This document shows, piece after piece, positions 38,291 through 50,192 of a stretch of DNA of 64,000 nucleotides. Within the stretch, counting starts at the first letter, position 1. The number at the start of each line of letters is the position of its first letter. Under the pieces are notes generated by a model that was not told where the DNA came from, did not search any database, and was given only the letters and a program-made list of their open reading frames with translations. The stretch comes from Vitrella brassicaformis CCMP3155 (lineage: Eukaryota; Protista; Chromerida), in assembly GCA_001179505.1 (NCBI GenBank), contig CDMY01000244.1, positions 86,762 to 150,761 of the forward strand, written 5' to 3'. The position numbers and the translations under genes are program-made.

Positions 38291-41200
38291 ATGCCCTACA
38301 CCAAGAACTTTGTTGGTGTTGCCGTCGAGGAGGGCGGCCGGAGGGTCGTCGTCACTGTCAACGATGAGACCACAGCGGCGGATGTGCTGAACAAAGTGAG
38401 TGACCGACCACAGGGACGGCCATCACAATTTGATGTGTTCATCTGCTTGTTGATTTGTGTGTGGCGACTCACTGCTGTGGTTTGGTTGGAGCAGGTCAAC
38501 TCGAAGATTGCGACCAACCCCGCCTTTCAGGCCAATCGCACCCAGCGGCTGGTCGTCGAGCACCTGCTTGTCAACGGCGACACCTTCGATGCCGACATCA
38601 ACATCAGAGAAGCATGGTGACGAGAACAGCACAACAGCAAAACGCACACGCCGCCCATTCTTCTCTGTTCCCCTCTTGCAGCGAGGATGGTGATGAGTTC
38701 GTTGCCGTTCCGGCATTCGTCCCGCCCCCCGCCCCACCACCAGCTGCGGCTGCCGCCTCAGCGGCACCCCTCCCCCGCGGGCAGAAGCGGCCCCACGAGA
38801 CCGACCGTGCAGACCAAGGAGATGACAACAGCCACCAAGAGGCAGGGCACAAGGCCAAGCAGCTCAAAGCGGCACCAGCTGCTGCGGCCGCTGCTGGTGG
38901 TGGTGGTGGTGCGGCTGCGGCTGGTGATGCGGGCGAGGGTGTTGGTGTGGGGGAGGGGAAGGGGCCAGAGATCGTCAAAATGGAAACAGACGAGGAGGAA
39001 ACAGAGGTGCACCCAACACACCATACGACAGGCGGCAGAGCTCATTCTGTGTGTGTCCATTTGTGTGTGTCAGGTGTCGTTCACGTACGCCACCCTCGAC
39101 CGCACCAACACCATCAGTGTGTCCAGCAAGGCCACGGTGGACGAGTTGAGGCAGCAGATCCTGGAGGAGGAGCTGGCCCTGCAGGACATCCCGGCGGCCG
39201 CCGCTGCCAGACCCACGCGCAAGAACAAGAAGACCGTCGACATCGTGCGGTCCAACGTGCGTGAGTTCGGAGCGTGTGGGGACCGTGACGGCGACTGTCG
39301 GTGGGCGGTGGGGGCCAAGATGGCCTATCGATTTGGCGAGGCGGACCTAGTCAATCGCACTGACTGTAAGGACGGCCACACAAGACGACACATGAAGATT
39401 GACCCACACACCGGGATGGCTGTGTGTGTGGTCCCTCCCCCTCATCAGTTGCTGGTAGTGATGACCGTTGTGGGTTCTGTCGTCAGCCGTTGGAGGCGGT
39501 GTGTCTGCGGTGCCCCCAGGGCGGCGACGACGGGGGTGCGGCAGGCGCGATGGCGTCCGGGTTGACGCTGGTGACGGTGGGCAGCGGGGAGGGGCCCAAG
39601 AAGCTGCCGGTGGCTGACGGCTGCCCCATCGTCAAGAACACATCATGCAACCACAAATTCCACTGTAAGGGGCAGGGGGGGGGGGGGGNNNNNNNNNNNN
39701 NNNNNNNNNNNNNNNNNNNNNNNNNNNNNNNNNNNNNNNNNNNNNNNNNNNNNNNNNNNNNNNNNNNNNNNNNNNNNNNNNNNNNNNNNNNNNNNNNNNN
39801 NNNNNNNNNNNNNNNNNNNNNNNNNNNNNNNNNNNNNNNNNNNNNNNNNNNNNNNNNNNNNNNNNNNNNNNNNNNNNNNNNNNNNNNNNNNNNNNNNNNN
39901 NNNNNNNNNNNNNNNNNNNNNNNNNNNNNNNNNNNNNNNNNNNNNNNNNNNNNNNNNNNNNNNNNNNNNNNNNNNNNNNNNNNNNNNNGGGGGGGGGGGG
40001 GGGGGGGGGCGACAGACATGCACTGACAGGCTAACATACACACATTGGTTCGCCTCTCTCTATCGCGTTTCAGGGCACTGCCTGTGCAGGCATTTCGAAG
40101 CGCGCATGAAGACGACCGGCCTGCGCACCTGCCCGTCGTGTCAGACCTACTGGCACTTCAGCCTGCCCCAGCCGCAGACCGCCACAGCTGCGGTCGGTGC
40201 CACCAGTTTCGACCTGGAGGTGTTCCTGCCGTCGTCGACAGTGTGTGGTGTGGGGGGCGGCCAGGCCGACTGGCAGCGGGCAGTCATCAGACTCAACAGC
40301 AACACCACACGCAAGTAGACATACACCATGGGTGGAGGAAGACGATGTGTGTACTGCATGTGTGGCGTGTGTGGTGTGGTGCAGACAGTTGTCGGAGGCG
40401 TTAGCTCGTGCACTTGGATTCGATGCCACCCAGTGGGGCCTGCGCGTCCTGCGCGTGGGACAGGTACACACATCGTCAATGCTCTCGCCCAGTGATGCAC
40501 AAACCTAACCTTCCTGTCTGCCTTGATGCGTGTGTGTCTGCAGTTGACCATCCCTCTCGGCTCGATTGCCCTGCACGAGTCTCTCGAGTTTGTGGGCATC
40601 AAGCTGCGGGCGATATCCCAGATCATCACCTACCAGCGGGGCGGCTCGGCGGCGACCCTGCCGTGCATCACGGCCACTCTGAGCACGGCTCGACACCACC
40701 CCCTGACGGTGAAGCTCAAGCTGCAGCTGCCTGTGGGCTACACCGTCAAGCAGGGCACACAGACGAGCCGACAGATGGAGTTGGTGGCGGCCAGTGACCA
40801 CAAGCTCAAGACGCTCAGCCACAGGATACACAAAGCATCAGGTGAGGGAGCCCATCCATAGTGGGGGCTGGAAAACGGGATCAGATGCGCTGCTCGTCTT
40901 GTGTGCCAGGCTTGTTGTCGGATCGTGTTCGCCTGTCGTTGCGTGAGGAGGGTGACAGCGGTGAGATGCGCCTTCGCGACCCCCGCTTGAGCGTGGTCGA
41001 CATCATCGCACTCGTGCTGGGCCGCAGCAGCACCGACGACAGCAACAAGACCATCAACCTGACCGTGAGTGAGGCATCGGCGGAGGATGCTCGTTTCCTG
41101 GTGGACATACTCAGGTGGGTTACAGACGTCAACCAAAGACACACACCGCCACACACGCCTTCCAATGGATGGCTTCCCTCCCTGTGTCTTCAGTGCTTAC

Positions 41201-42683
41201 CATCGCATGCCCTCGTACAGCGGCAAGTGGACAGTGCAGCAGCTCATCGACCACCTCAAGTACGTGCCGGCCCTCTCACCCGACGTGACGGCTTACGTCA
41301 ACGTCCGCCCCGCCATGGCCCTCGCCACCAGCACCAGCGAGGAGGACAGTGGCCCGGCAGAGGCGCCCGCGGCAGCAGCGGCCGCTGCTGCCGCTGCGCC
41401 AGCGGCGATGGACACGGAAAGCGATGGTAAGGTGATTGACGTCGACAGCGAAGACCGAGAGGATAGCGACGAGGACGACGGGGGCCAGGAGGGAAACGAA
41501 TGCCTCGATGTAGGGCAAATCACAAACACTGCTGGGGGATGACACGATGTTTTCCTGTGCGTCAGGCTGTGTTTGCGGCGTCGTCTCATTGGGGGCTGCC
41601 GATGAATGTCAAGAACAACGTCAAGAGGCAGACCTCCAAGGGCGTCAGTGACCTCCTGGCCTCCCTCTATGTGCTGGCCGAAAAGGCCGACCCGTCATCC
41701 GTCAACAAACTCACAGGTGCATGGGCAGGCGGGAGGGAGACACCAGCAGTTTGTGTCATCATCTGATGTCGATTCATCGGCTGTCTTTGTCCTGCAGGTC
41801 ACCTCCGTGCCGTCGTGTCCTTCCCGCCCGCTGTGTACGCCATGCGTGTGATCCTGTCGGCCAAGACTGGCTGTGCCAAGCAGATCGGACCGGCAGACAA
41901 GGCCCTCGTCGCCAGGGTCATGTTCAAGGTACGCGCCGAGGAGAGGTGTTGCCATTTCACCCCAGGGCCCACCCGTGCCTCGCTGTTTGTTTTGCAGTTG
42001 CTTCGCGAGATGGCGCCATCGACCATTCCCGACGAGCACTTGTTCGAGCACTCTCGAGTGCTGCTGAACGTCCTCGCCAGTCGCGCTCGCAGCCAGGATG
42101 CCGACACGGAGACCTACCGCAAGGTGCCCCTCACGTGCACCGCCTCCCACACCCGACTCACCCACCCATTCTACAGCGAAAGTGTCCAGGAATCCAACCT
42201 CACAGGTGGGCTGGGTGCATCAGGCGACACTAGACGAACAGTCGCAAGATGGCATCTGGTCTCTATATCCCCTTTTCAGTTCGCAATCGTCTGTTGAAGC
42301 TGTGCAATGGCCTCCGCGACGAGTCCATGACGTCGTCATCTTCGGCATCAGTGCCCTCGCCGTCCAAACACATGGCCCTCTTGCTGCAGGCGACCCCAAC
42401 CGGCTGCATGGAGGTGCTCGTGTGGCTGCCGCCCGAGGACGAGGCCATGGACGAGGGGCCCATGGCCGCGGCGTCGCGCAGCCTGTCGTACCAGTGGGCG
42501 ATGGTCAAGAAGGACGCCGCCAACCCGAAGGAGGTCAAGTGCCTGCAGCTCGTCAGTCCGGCCGCCCTGGGGCAGGCGCAAGCTCCCGCGCTGACCATCG
42601 ACGAGGACCTTCGCACGGCAGTGTACAGAGGTCGGTCACCGAGACGAAATACACACGACGGAAACGCTGCCAGAGGCCTTGCG

Positions 42684-42714
<31 letters not shown>

Positions 42715-45700
42715 AGGCATGGAGCCGTGTGGGAGTGGCCGCATGATGTACCGCCCCGTATTTGGGTGTGAGTCGGTGTTCGATTTGAGCGCCCTGGCCG
42801 ACAAGGTGTCGGGGTACATTGAAGAGATGGGCGAGGGCGAGCTGGCGGAGCAGCAGATCAACGAGGCCATCATCGTGGTGCTCGACTGCTCCACGTCAAT
42901 GTGTGAGCGCACCACGTTCGGCAAGGACGGGTACGATGAGGACTTCTGGAAGAAGAGGGAGGAGGAGGTCAAGCAAGGCTGGGACCACACCGATCCAGAG
43001 GACGACTCCCCGGTAGGCACACCGGGCAAAGATACTATGCGAGCTTCATGTATGAGGGCATTTTGTCTGCTGGTGTGGCCGCAGCAAGCTTTGGAGGCTG
43101 CATTGAAGAAGTTCCGCAACTACCCGGCCATACGGGAGATGCGCTCGTGTGTGGTGCCCCTCAGCCAGCGCAGACACATCACCGTCGAGGCCGCCGCCAA
43201 GCGGGTCATCCAGGAACTCTGCAAGCTCGTATGCCAACCGATATGACACAAGCAAAAGGCTAGCTGGCTGGCCGGCCCACACACACTCATCTGGCTGTGC
43301 TGTGCTGTGTTGGCGTGTGCAGAATCGCTTGGATGTCGCGTTGCAGACCAGCAGAAGAAGCTCCATATTCTATGGCGGGGTATGCACAGCTGTTTGTTCG
43401 CCTGTGCGATCCACACCCACCTGTGTGCCTGTCTGCCTGCAGGATCGGCGTGACAGGCTGTCTGACGAGAACACGACTCGAATGATGACCAAGTACACCG
43501 ACCGCTTCGTCGCTGCCCTGCTCGAGAAGGTGCCGCGCGATGGCCACCCGATCGTCCCCGACGACCCCAACGAACCGCCGCCAGAGTTCATCTGCCCCAT
43601 CACTTTCGACGTCATGAAAGTAACCTGCCACCAGCACACTCACCAAGTCAGAAGGGCCTCTCACCTTCTACTTGTGCTTCCCAGAACCCCGTCAAGGCCA
43701 GCGACGGAATCGTGTACGACCGCGAGGCCATCCAAAAGGTGAGTGCATCCGTCCATCAGGCAGGTGACACTGATGGGGCCGTGTGTGCTATGATGTGGTT
43801 TGTAATGGTGCAGTGGTGGGACTCGGGCAAGCGCACGTCTCCGCTGAACGGCCGCATGCTCCAGCACAGCATCTTCGAACCCCAAAATGAGCTCAAGGTG
43901 CGCTGTCTGACATGTATGTGTACCATCAAAGAATGGCCCCTGCATCCTGTCTGTCCTCCCTCCTTCCTTTCTATGTCAGGAGCGCATCACCAAGTGGCGG
44001 GGCGAGGAGCAGCCCGAGGCAGAGCCGGCAGCAGCCACCAGCCGCAGACCCCGTCACCACAGAGGAATCGGTGAGTGTTGTGTTGTGATAGGCACATCCC
44101 TTTTCCCTTCCGTGCCGTGCTGCAATCAATCTGCCTTGGTTGTCACACACACAGGGGGTGACGACGACGGATGGGACAGACTGACCCCTGCGCTTCTGAT
44201 GGTCAATCTCACGGATAGCCCTTATCGCGAGTATGTGCACTCACTCGTCCAGCCAGACACCAAGCCCAATATGTGCGTGGCGTGGATGGTGTATTGTGTG
44301 TGGTCAGCATGTGGCGGAACTTCCATGACGTCTTCCCCTTGGTTGTGCCATCGACTCTCACCGTGGTGGGTGCGCCCTTCATCGCACAACGGCAAGACGG
44401 GATTGCATGCATTTTGGTTTTTTCTTTCCCCTGTGTTGGCTCGTGTGTCAGGAGGGTCTTCGCTTTCGGCTCTGGGCCCATGCATCACATCTGGGCCTCT
44501 CCGAGGGGTATCTCCCCAGCCGCACCTGCCTCTGGGGGAACCTCGAGAACAACGGTCAGGATGTTTGATGACCACCGAACGGCCGCAGAGGCAGTGGATG
44601 AATGGGTCGGCTGTGCTGTGCTGTGCTCTGCCCTGCTGTGTTTTGAAGGGGGCGACAACTATAGGATCGGTAAGCGTCTGGACGACCGTCACGACCACGT
44701 CTGCTCAGTGACACACCACGGCCACCCTCAATCGCTCGACGCTCGCCGCACCAACTGGGGCGAGTTCCTCAACCAGCAGGCGGCCGGGTCGGTGTGGCCG
44801 TGCGAGCCAAGACCCATCAACGAGGAGTCACTCATGCGCAGACTCCACGTCGTGGCACAGCTATTCTCGGTAAGTGAGTATGCAAGCAGGTGGCTGGATG
44901 ACTGGGTCGCCTCTATTGCATGTCCCTCTGTCTCTCTTGCTCCCTCAGACGCTGCTGAATCGCATCGAGGCCTACGACACCCCCAACTGCCTGGGGCTCA
45001 TCCTCTTCTCTGACCGAACCAAAATCAGATACACATGCCAACTCAGTAAGCAAGACACACACCGCACAGCGACACCTACACATGGCCCCACCTTTCCCAA
45101 TCTGCTGTGGCGTGCTGTGCTGCAGGTCCGTATCTGGAGCGTTTCAGGCGTGCTGTTGACGACGCGACATGGGACGGCGAGACCGCCATCTTCGACGCCG
45201 TCAAGCGGGCCCGAGAGGAGCTGGTCAAGTGGAAGGCCGCCAAGCCCACGAGGGCGAAGGCCCAGCTGCGCATCATCGTCCTCAGCGACGGAGAGGACAG
45301 CCAATCGGAGACCACCTGGTTGGTACAAACTGCAGGACATCTGACACGTGGCCCGCAGTGGTGAGAGCATTGCTGACGTGTGGTCTGTGCAGGTTCTCAG
45401 AGGCGAAGGCGCTGCGTGAGAGCGATGTGCTGTGCGACGCCGTCATGATAGGAGGCAGAAACAACGACCAGGTCGGCCAGGAAGATACGGTTCTCTCGAC
45501 CAGAGGGTGAATTGTGTGTTCTGTGGTCAGTTGAAGTACCTGGCCAAGGCCACCGGCGGCTATGTGTTCAAGCCCGACTCGATCCGCAGTGCACTCAAAC
45601 TCTGCGAACTCGAAGTCATGCTCAGCGGTAATTAAGGCACTCAGTCAGGCCCTGCATTCAACAAAGCCCCATTGCTCATCCTCCCCGCCACCCTTGTGTG

Positions 45701-46987
45701 TGTGCAGCGTCCGAGCGGCCGCCCAACCTGCGGCCCGACTCCCTCCCCAACAGCGAGTTCATGTGTTCGGCGCTGCTCGGCAACTCCATCCGCTTTCCCA
45801 TCGACGTGTGCAACGACACCACCGTCCCTCCCCGCCGCCAGGTGGCCCAGCTGCAGGCCAACCAGACATTCCGCAGCCTCGCAGCCGCACTCCAGGCCAA
45901 CAAGCAAGCAGATGAAGACGGAGAGGGCGGCCAGGGGCAGGGAGAGGGGTCGCAGTGGGTGGGGGGCAGGCGCCAGAGCGCCCGCATAGCGTCGCATGGC
46001 CATGCGGCTCAAGAGGGAGGGGGTCAGGGGGCGGCACGTGTGTCGGGTGGTGGTGGTGAGGGCGGCGGTGGCAACCAGGAGCGCACTCGTCGCCTGATGC
46101 GTGAGATGCGGGGGCTGCTGCAGCATCCCCACCCGGCCGTTGACGTGTACCCATCGCAGACGGACATCGGCTTCTGGCGCATCGTCATGGTAATCTGGGC
46201 AACACAAAGACGCCGATGCCAGGGGCCGACGTGTGCAATGTGTGTGTGTGCAGGAGGGTCCTGACGGTACGGTGTACAAGGACGGCACGTGGCTGCTGTA
46301 CATGATCTTCCCCGCCGACTACCCCAACCGACCCCCCGAGCTGCGCTTCGAGACGCCCATCCAGCACGCCAACGTCAACGCATACGGCAAAATCTGCCAC
46401 CCCATACTCGGACGCGCCTACACCACCGACAGGTGGGGTAAATCACCACCGCACACTCATCAACCGTCCTCTCATGTGTGTCTGCACATTGGATGTGTGC
46501 AGTACTGTGAGAAGCATTCTGGAGAACGTCTACGGCCTGCTGCTCAACCCAGGTCAGACACACCCCAACAGTGTCGCGTTTCTTCGCTGCACACTCTCCC
46601 TCTCCCCTGCTGTGTGCATGTGTGTGTGTGTGTGTGTGTGGATTGCTGAAGACTACGTCGACCCCGTGGACAGCACCCTGGCCATGGCCTTCTACCAGGG
46701 GCAGGGTGACTACGAGGCGCGCATCGTTCAACACGTCCGACAACACGCCAGACGCACCAGACAGCAGTGGAAGAACACACTCACCGCAGAAGGTAGCTCA
46801 GCACTCGACCCACACACGCGCAAATACACAAAATACATGCTGCTGACTGAGTGTATCCCATGTGTGCTGTGCAGGTGGAGAGGCGCCCGGCGCTGGCGCT
46901 GGCGCTGGCGCTGCGGCTGCTGCAGCAGCTGCAGCTGGTGGTGGTGGTGATCCCTTGGCAGGCCGACGCACACGCCAGGGACGATGA
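38291..46987 (+). CDS. Giant ubiquitination enzyme: Ubl-like N-terminus, RBX1/APC11-type RING-H2, vWA domain with inserted U-box, C-terminal UBC (E2) domain
   Basis: RING-H2: DDRCGFCRQPLEAVCLRC...CPIVKNTSCNHKFHWHCLCRHF...RTCPSCQTYW. vWA MIDAS: IIVVLDCSTSM, with the rest later (GLILFSD, GETAIFDA, IIVLSDGED, AVMIGG, LKYLAKATGGYVFKP). U-box: [54 protein letters not shown]...EGPDGTVYKDGTWLLYMIFPADYPNRPPELRFETPIQHANVNAYGKICHPIL. Exon phases were traced by hand and are continuous. Confidence 0.85.
39689..39988. other. Assembly gap (300 N) flanked by poly-G runs, inside an intron
   Basis: A run of N with G homopolymers on both sides. The donor GTAAGG at 39665 and the acceptor at about 40072 join in phase. 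Confidence 0.99.
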
Positions 46988-47171
46988 ACGCAGAGAGATA
47001 TGTACACACAGACACAGAGGGGACGGGGAGGGGAGGGGAGGCATGGCCGACATCCGACTGCATCTGGACTCATTCGTCCGAGACCAGACTCGTATTTTTC
47101 GGGCATACTATATGTGTATTTAGCGGGAGTTTTCTACGTGTGAGTGCAATGAATCCGATCCGGAGGGTTCC

Positions 47172-47186
47172 AAAACCCTAAACCCC
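47172..47186 (+). promoter_or_regulatory. Telo-box-like AAACCCTAAACCC about 130 bp upstream of the LONRF-like ATG
   Basis: Read directly: caaaaccctaaacccc. The function is inferred. Confidence 0.45.
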
Positions 47187-47315
47187 AGGGCTCTGATGAG
47201 GCTGTAGTTGGTTATCTTGTGCTCTGCTTAGACCATACGGTGGAGATGGTCTAGATCAACACAGGTCGACTCAAGCGTGGGGACTCGAGAGAGGGCTCGT
47301 AGCAAACGGGTTGCG

Positions 47316-49767
47316 ATGGATCTGGATCAAGACGCTGCCGCCAGTGTGTTGGACCAAGACGGCAAGGAGGAATCTTCTTCGTCCATCCCGCGGGAGCTGG
47401 AATGTGCCATCTGTAAGCAACGAAGGGCAAGACAGGAGAGGACTTTGCGAGAGGACGGCTCAAAGGGTCTGGTACGGTATTCTGCAGGCCTTCGGCTGCT
47501 TCTAGAGCCCATCACGGTGTCCTGCGGCCACAACTTCTGCCGGTAAGGACGCAGACTGGGGTATCATTATGACGACGTCGCCGACACTGCGCGACTAAAA
47601 GAGGACAACGACAAAGCCCTCTCTCACTCTTGTTCTGGTTGTTGCAGTCCATGTCTAGCGAAGGCGCGTGAGCACCGGCCCGTGTGTCCGCTGTGCCGGC
47701 GTCCCACCGGCAGTAACGCCAATATCAACAAACTGCTCAGTCAGCTCATTCAGGTGTGGAGCAACGGACAGGAAGGCGCACAAGAGAAGTCACAGAGCCC
47801 ACACGCAGCTAGGGGTGTGTGGCTGTGTGAGCAGACGCACTACCCTGCTGAGTATGAGGCGAGGAAAGCCGACCACATCCGGGAGGAGGAAACAGCTGGT
47901 GCGACAGACAGACAGACAGACAGACAAGCTGGCGGATGGACCATACGAAGTATCTTATTTCAGATGAGGAGAGTCGTGCCAATCGTGCCGCATCTGCCCA
48001 GTCGCAGTCCCAGGCCGCCATCGCACTGCTGCCCGTCATTGGTTCGTCCGTCTGCCCGTCGCCTCTGTTCCCGGGGGAATCCGCCATCCTCAATCTGCCA
48101 CCGGTCAGCCCCTTCGCCGGATGGATTGACAGAAAACACGCTGACACACGGTTGAAGGTCTGTGTGTGCAGAGGTGGCAGTCGCTGGTGAATCATGCCGT
48201 CGAAGGCAGTCTCCGGTTTGGCATGGTGTCGAGCGGCTGGGCTGATGTCATCAACCAGCAGCAGCCGGAGGTCGGCCCGGCCGCCCCAGAACCACCGGCT
48301 GAGAACATACAACAGCAGCAGGGGGCTGCTGAAGGTGCGCAAGCGAGCGTGGGTGTGGCTCGATGTCATGAGGGTCTTCATGTGTTCAGGTTTGCGGCAA
48401 AGACATGCAGCGGCATCCTCGTCTGCCGCTGCTGGTGCTGCTGGGACGGGACCTGCCTCTGCCGCACAGGCGCCTGCATCGTGGCGAGAGGCGCCTGATC
48501 GTCTCGGGATGCTGGTAGAGGTGAGTGGGCTGATGGGTCAACGTGCGTGGTGGTCGAGTCAGTCTTAATGGCTGGATAATGACCTGGATGCATTAGTTGC
48601 CTCGAGGCTATGCCCGTGAGGCCTCTAACTCTCTTGCTGACTGTTGATTGCGTGGGGCATATGCCATGTCCATCCGTGCCGTGCACGCTGTCGTGCACTT
48701 CAATCGTGGCTTCCTTGTTTGGTGCAGATCCAGGCCACGAGCATCTATGACGGCGGCATCAGGCTCAGGTGGGTCATTGATATACACAATCCAGTCGATA
48801 CAAAAGACGGCATCCTGCAATGCACCAGCATCAGTGCATCTGGCTATGTGTGTGTGTGTGTGGTCGCCACAGGGTGAGGGGGCTGTTCCGTTTCCAGTTG
48901 GCGTTGAGGGGCGAGTCTGCTGCATCGTCGGCAGCATCGTCGTCGGACTCGCTGTCATTCGGACAGGTCGACGTCATGCCGCACGAGATCGACGGCAACT
49001 ACCCTGTTGGCCGAACCACACCCATGTAAGCTTCAAATATACTGTCCCCCCCGGTGCACTGGGCTGCACACGTCTGTCTCCCTGTGACATTTGCATCAGG
49101 TTTGATGTTCCGCTCGAGCATGTGCCGGCCCCCTCTCCGTCAGAGGAGGACCAAGACTGCGCCGAGGGCAGCCCATCGGGGTTCGCGGGTGCTGCTGACC
49201 TGGCCCGCAAGCTGTCGCAACTAGTGGACGCACACATGGCCAATCTAGGCACCAGCGCACGTATTACATGAGTGAAGGGTCCACAGCTCCCATTCAGTGA
49301 CCCACGTGTGCATGTGGTGGCTGTGCAGGTATCCGTCTGGAGCGGAAGTTCGGTCCTTTGCCGCACCCACGGTGGTCGACGTCAGTGGACCTCGAGAACT
49401 ACAGCTTCGCGGTGAGGAAGACGCCTGACGTACACGTGTTCTGTTCTCAACAAAAGTGTGTGATTTCCCTTGTCTCCTCATTCAGATAGCTCATCGTGTG
49501 GAGGCGAGTGGCGCCCAGCGATGGCAGTGGCTGCGGGGCACGTCGACCATCGACCGACTGCAGGACCTTACAGACCGATTCGAGAGAGCCAGACGCGGCA
49601 CCCTGGTGTTTGCTATCGACGAGCCCAACACGGTGCTGGCGGCTTTGCGTTTTGATGATGCCCGCTCGAGCGCATTGCTGCTGCTGGCCCTGGTGTTGGT
49701 GCTGATCGGGCGGTTCATCTGGATGCAGAACGTGCGCACTCAATTCATCGAGTACGAGTACTACTAG
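47316..49767 (+). CDS. LON peptidase N-terminal domain and RING finger protein-like E3 ligase with a C-terminal hydrophobic segment
   Basis: [34 protein letters not shown]...CPLCR, followed by HYPAEYEARK. LON-N-like region: LLPV...LFPGESAIL...LVNHAVEGSLRFGMV. C-terminal end: RWQWLRGTSTIDRL...SALLLLALVLVLIGRFIW. Confidence 0.82.
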
Positions 49768-50192
49768 TAGTGCCGTGGCGCTTACATCTGTGTGTGCAAA
49801 TAATGGTGCGGCGACCACGTGACTGTATGTATTCACGGTTGTATACCATTCTGTCGGGGCACTGACCAGCTCACGAGAGTCGACTGCTGTGCAGCGGAAA
49901 GAGCGCTTTCAGGAGCCCAGCTGATATGATTCAAGTATAGACGGCGATACGGACAGACGCACGATGAAGAGCGACAGAGACACATCGCCTGCATGCCTGT
50001 GGTGGACTCAGTGTGTACATCCATCTGTGGCACACTTCTGTGGCCACAACGCGCACTTCTTGCCCACAGCAGCTGCGGCCTAACATAATAATGTCATATA
50101 TGGCGAGAATTTTTCAGAACGATATCGCGAGACGGAGACTGGGCGAGAATTGGGGGACGGATTTTGCGACATTGGGACAAGGATTCTGACAG

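Noticed and set aside
39483-40043. ORFs containing long X runs
   Set aside because: Artefacts of translating the N gap.
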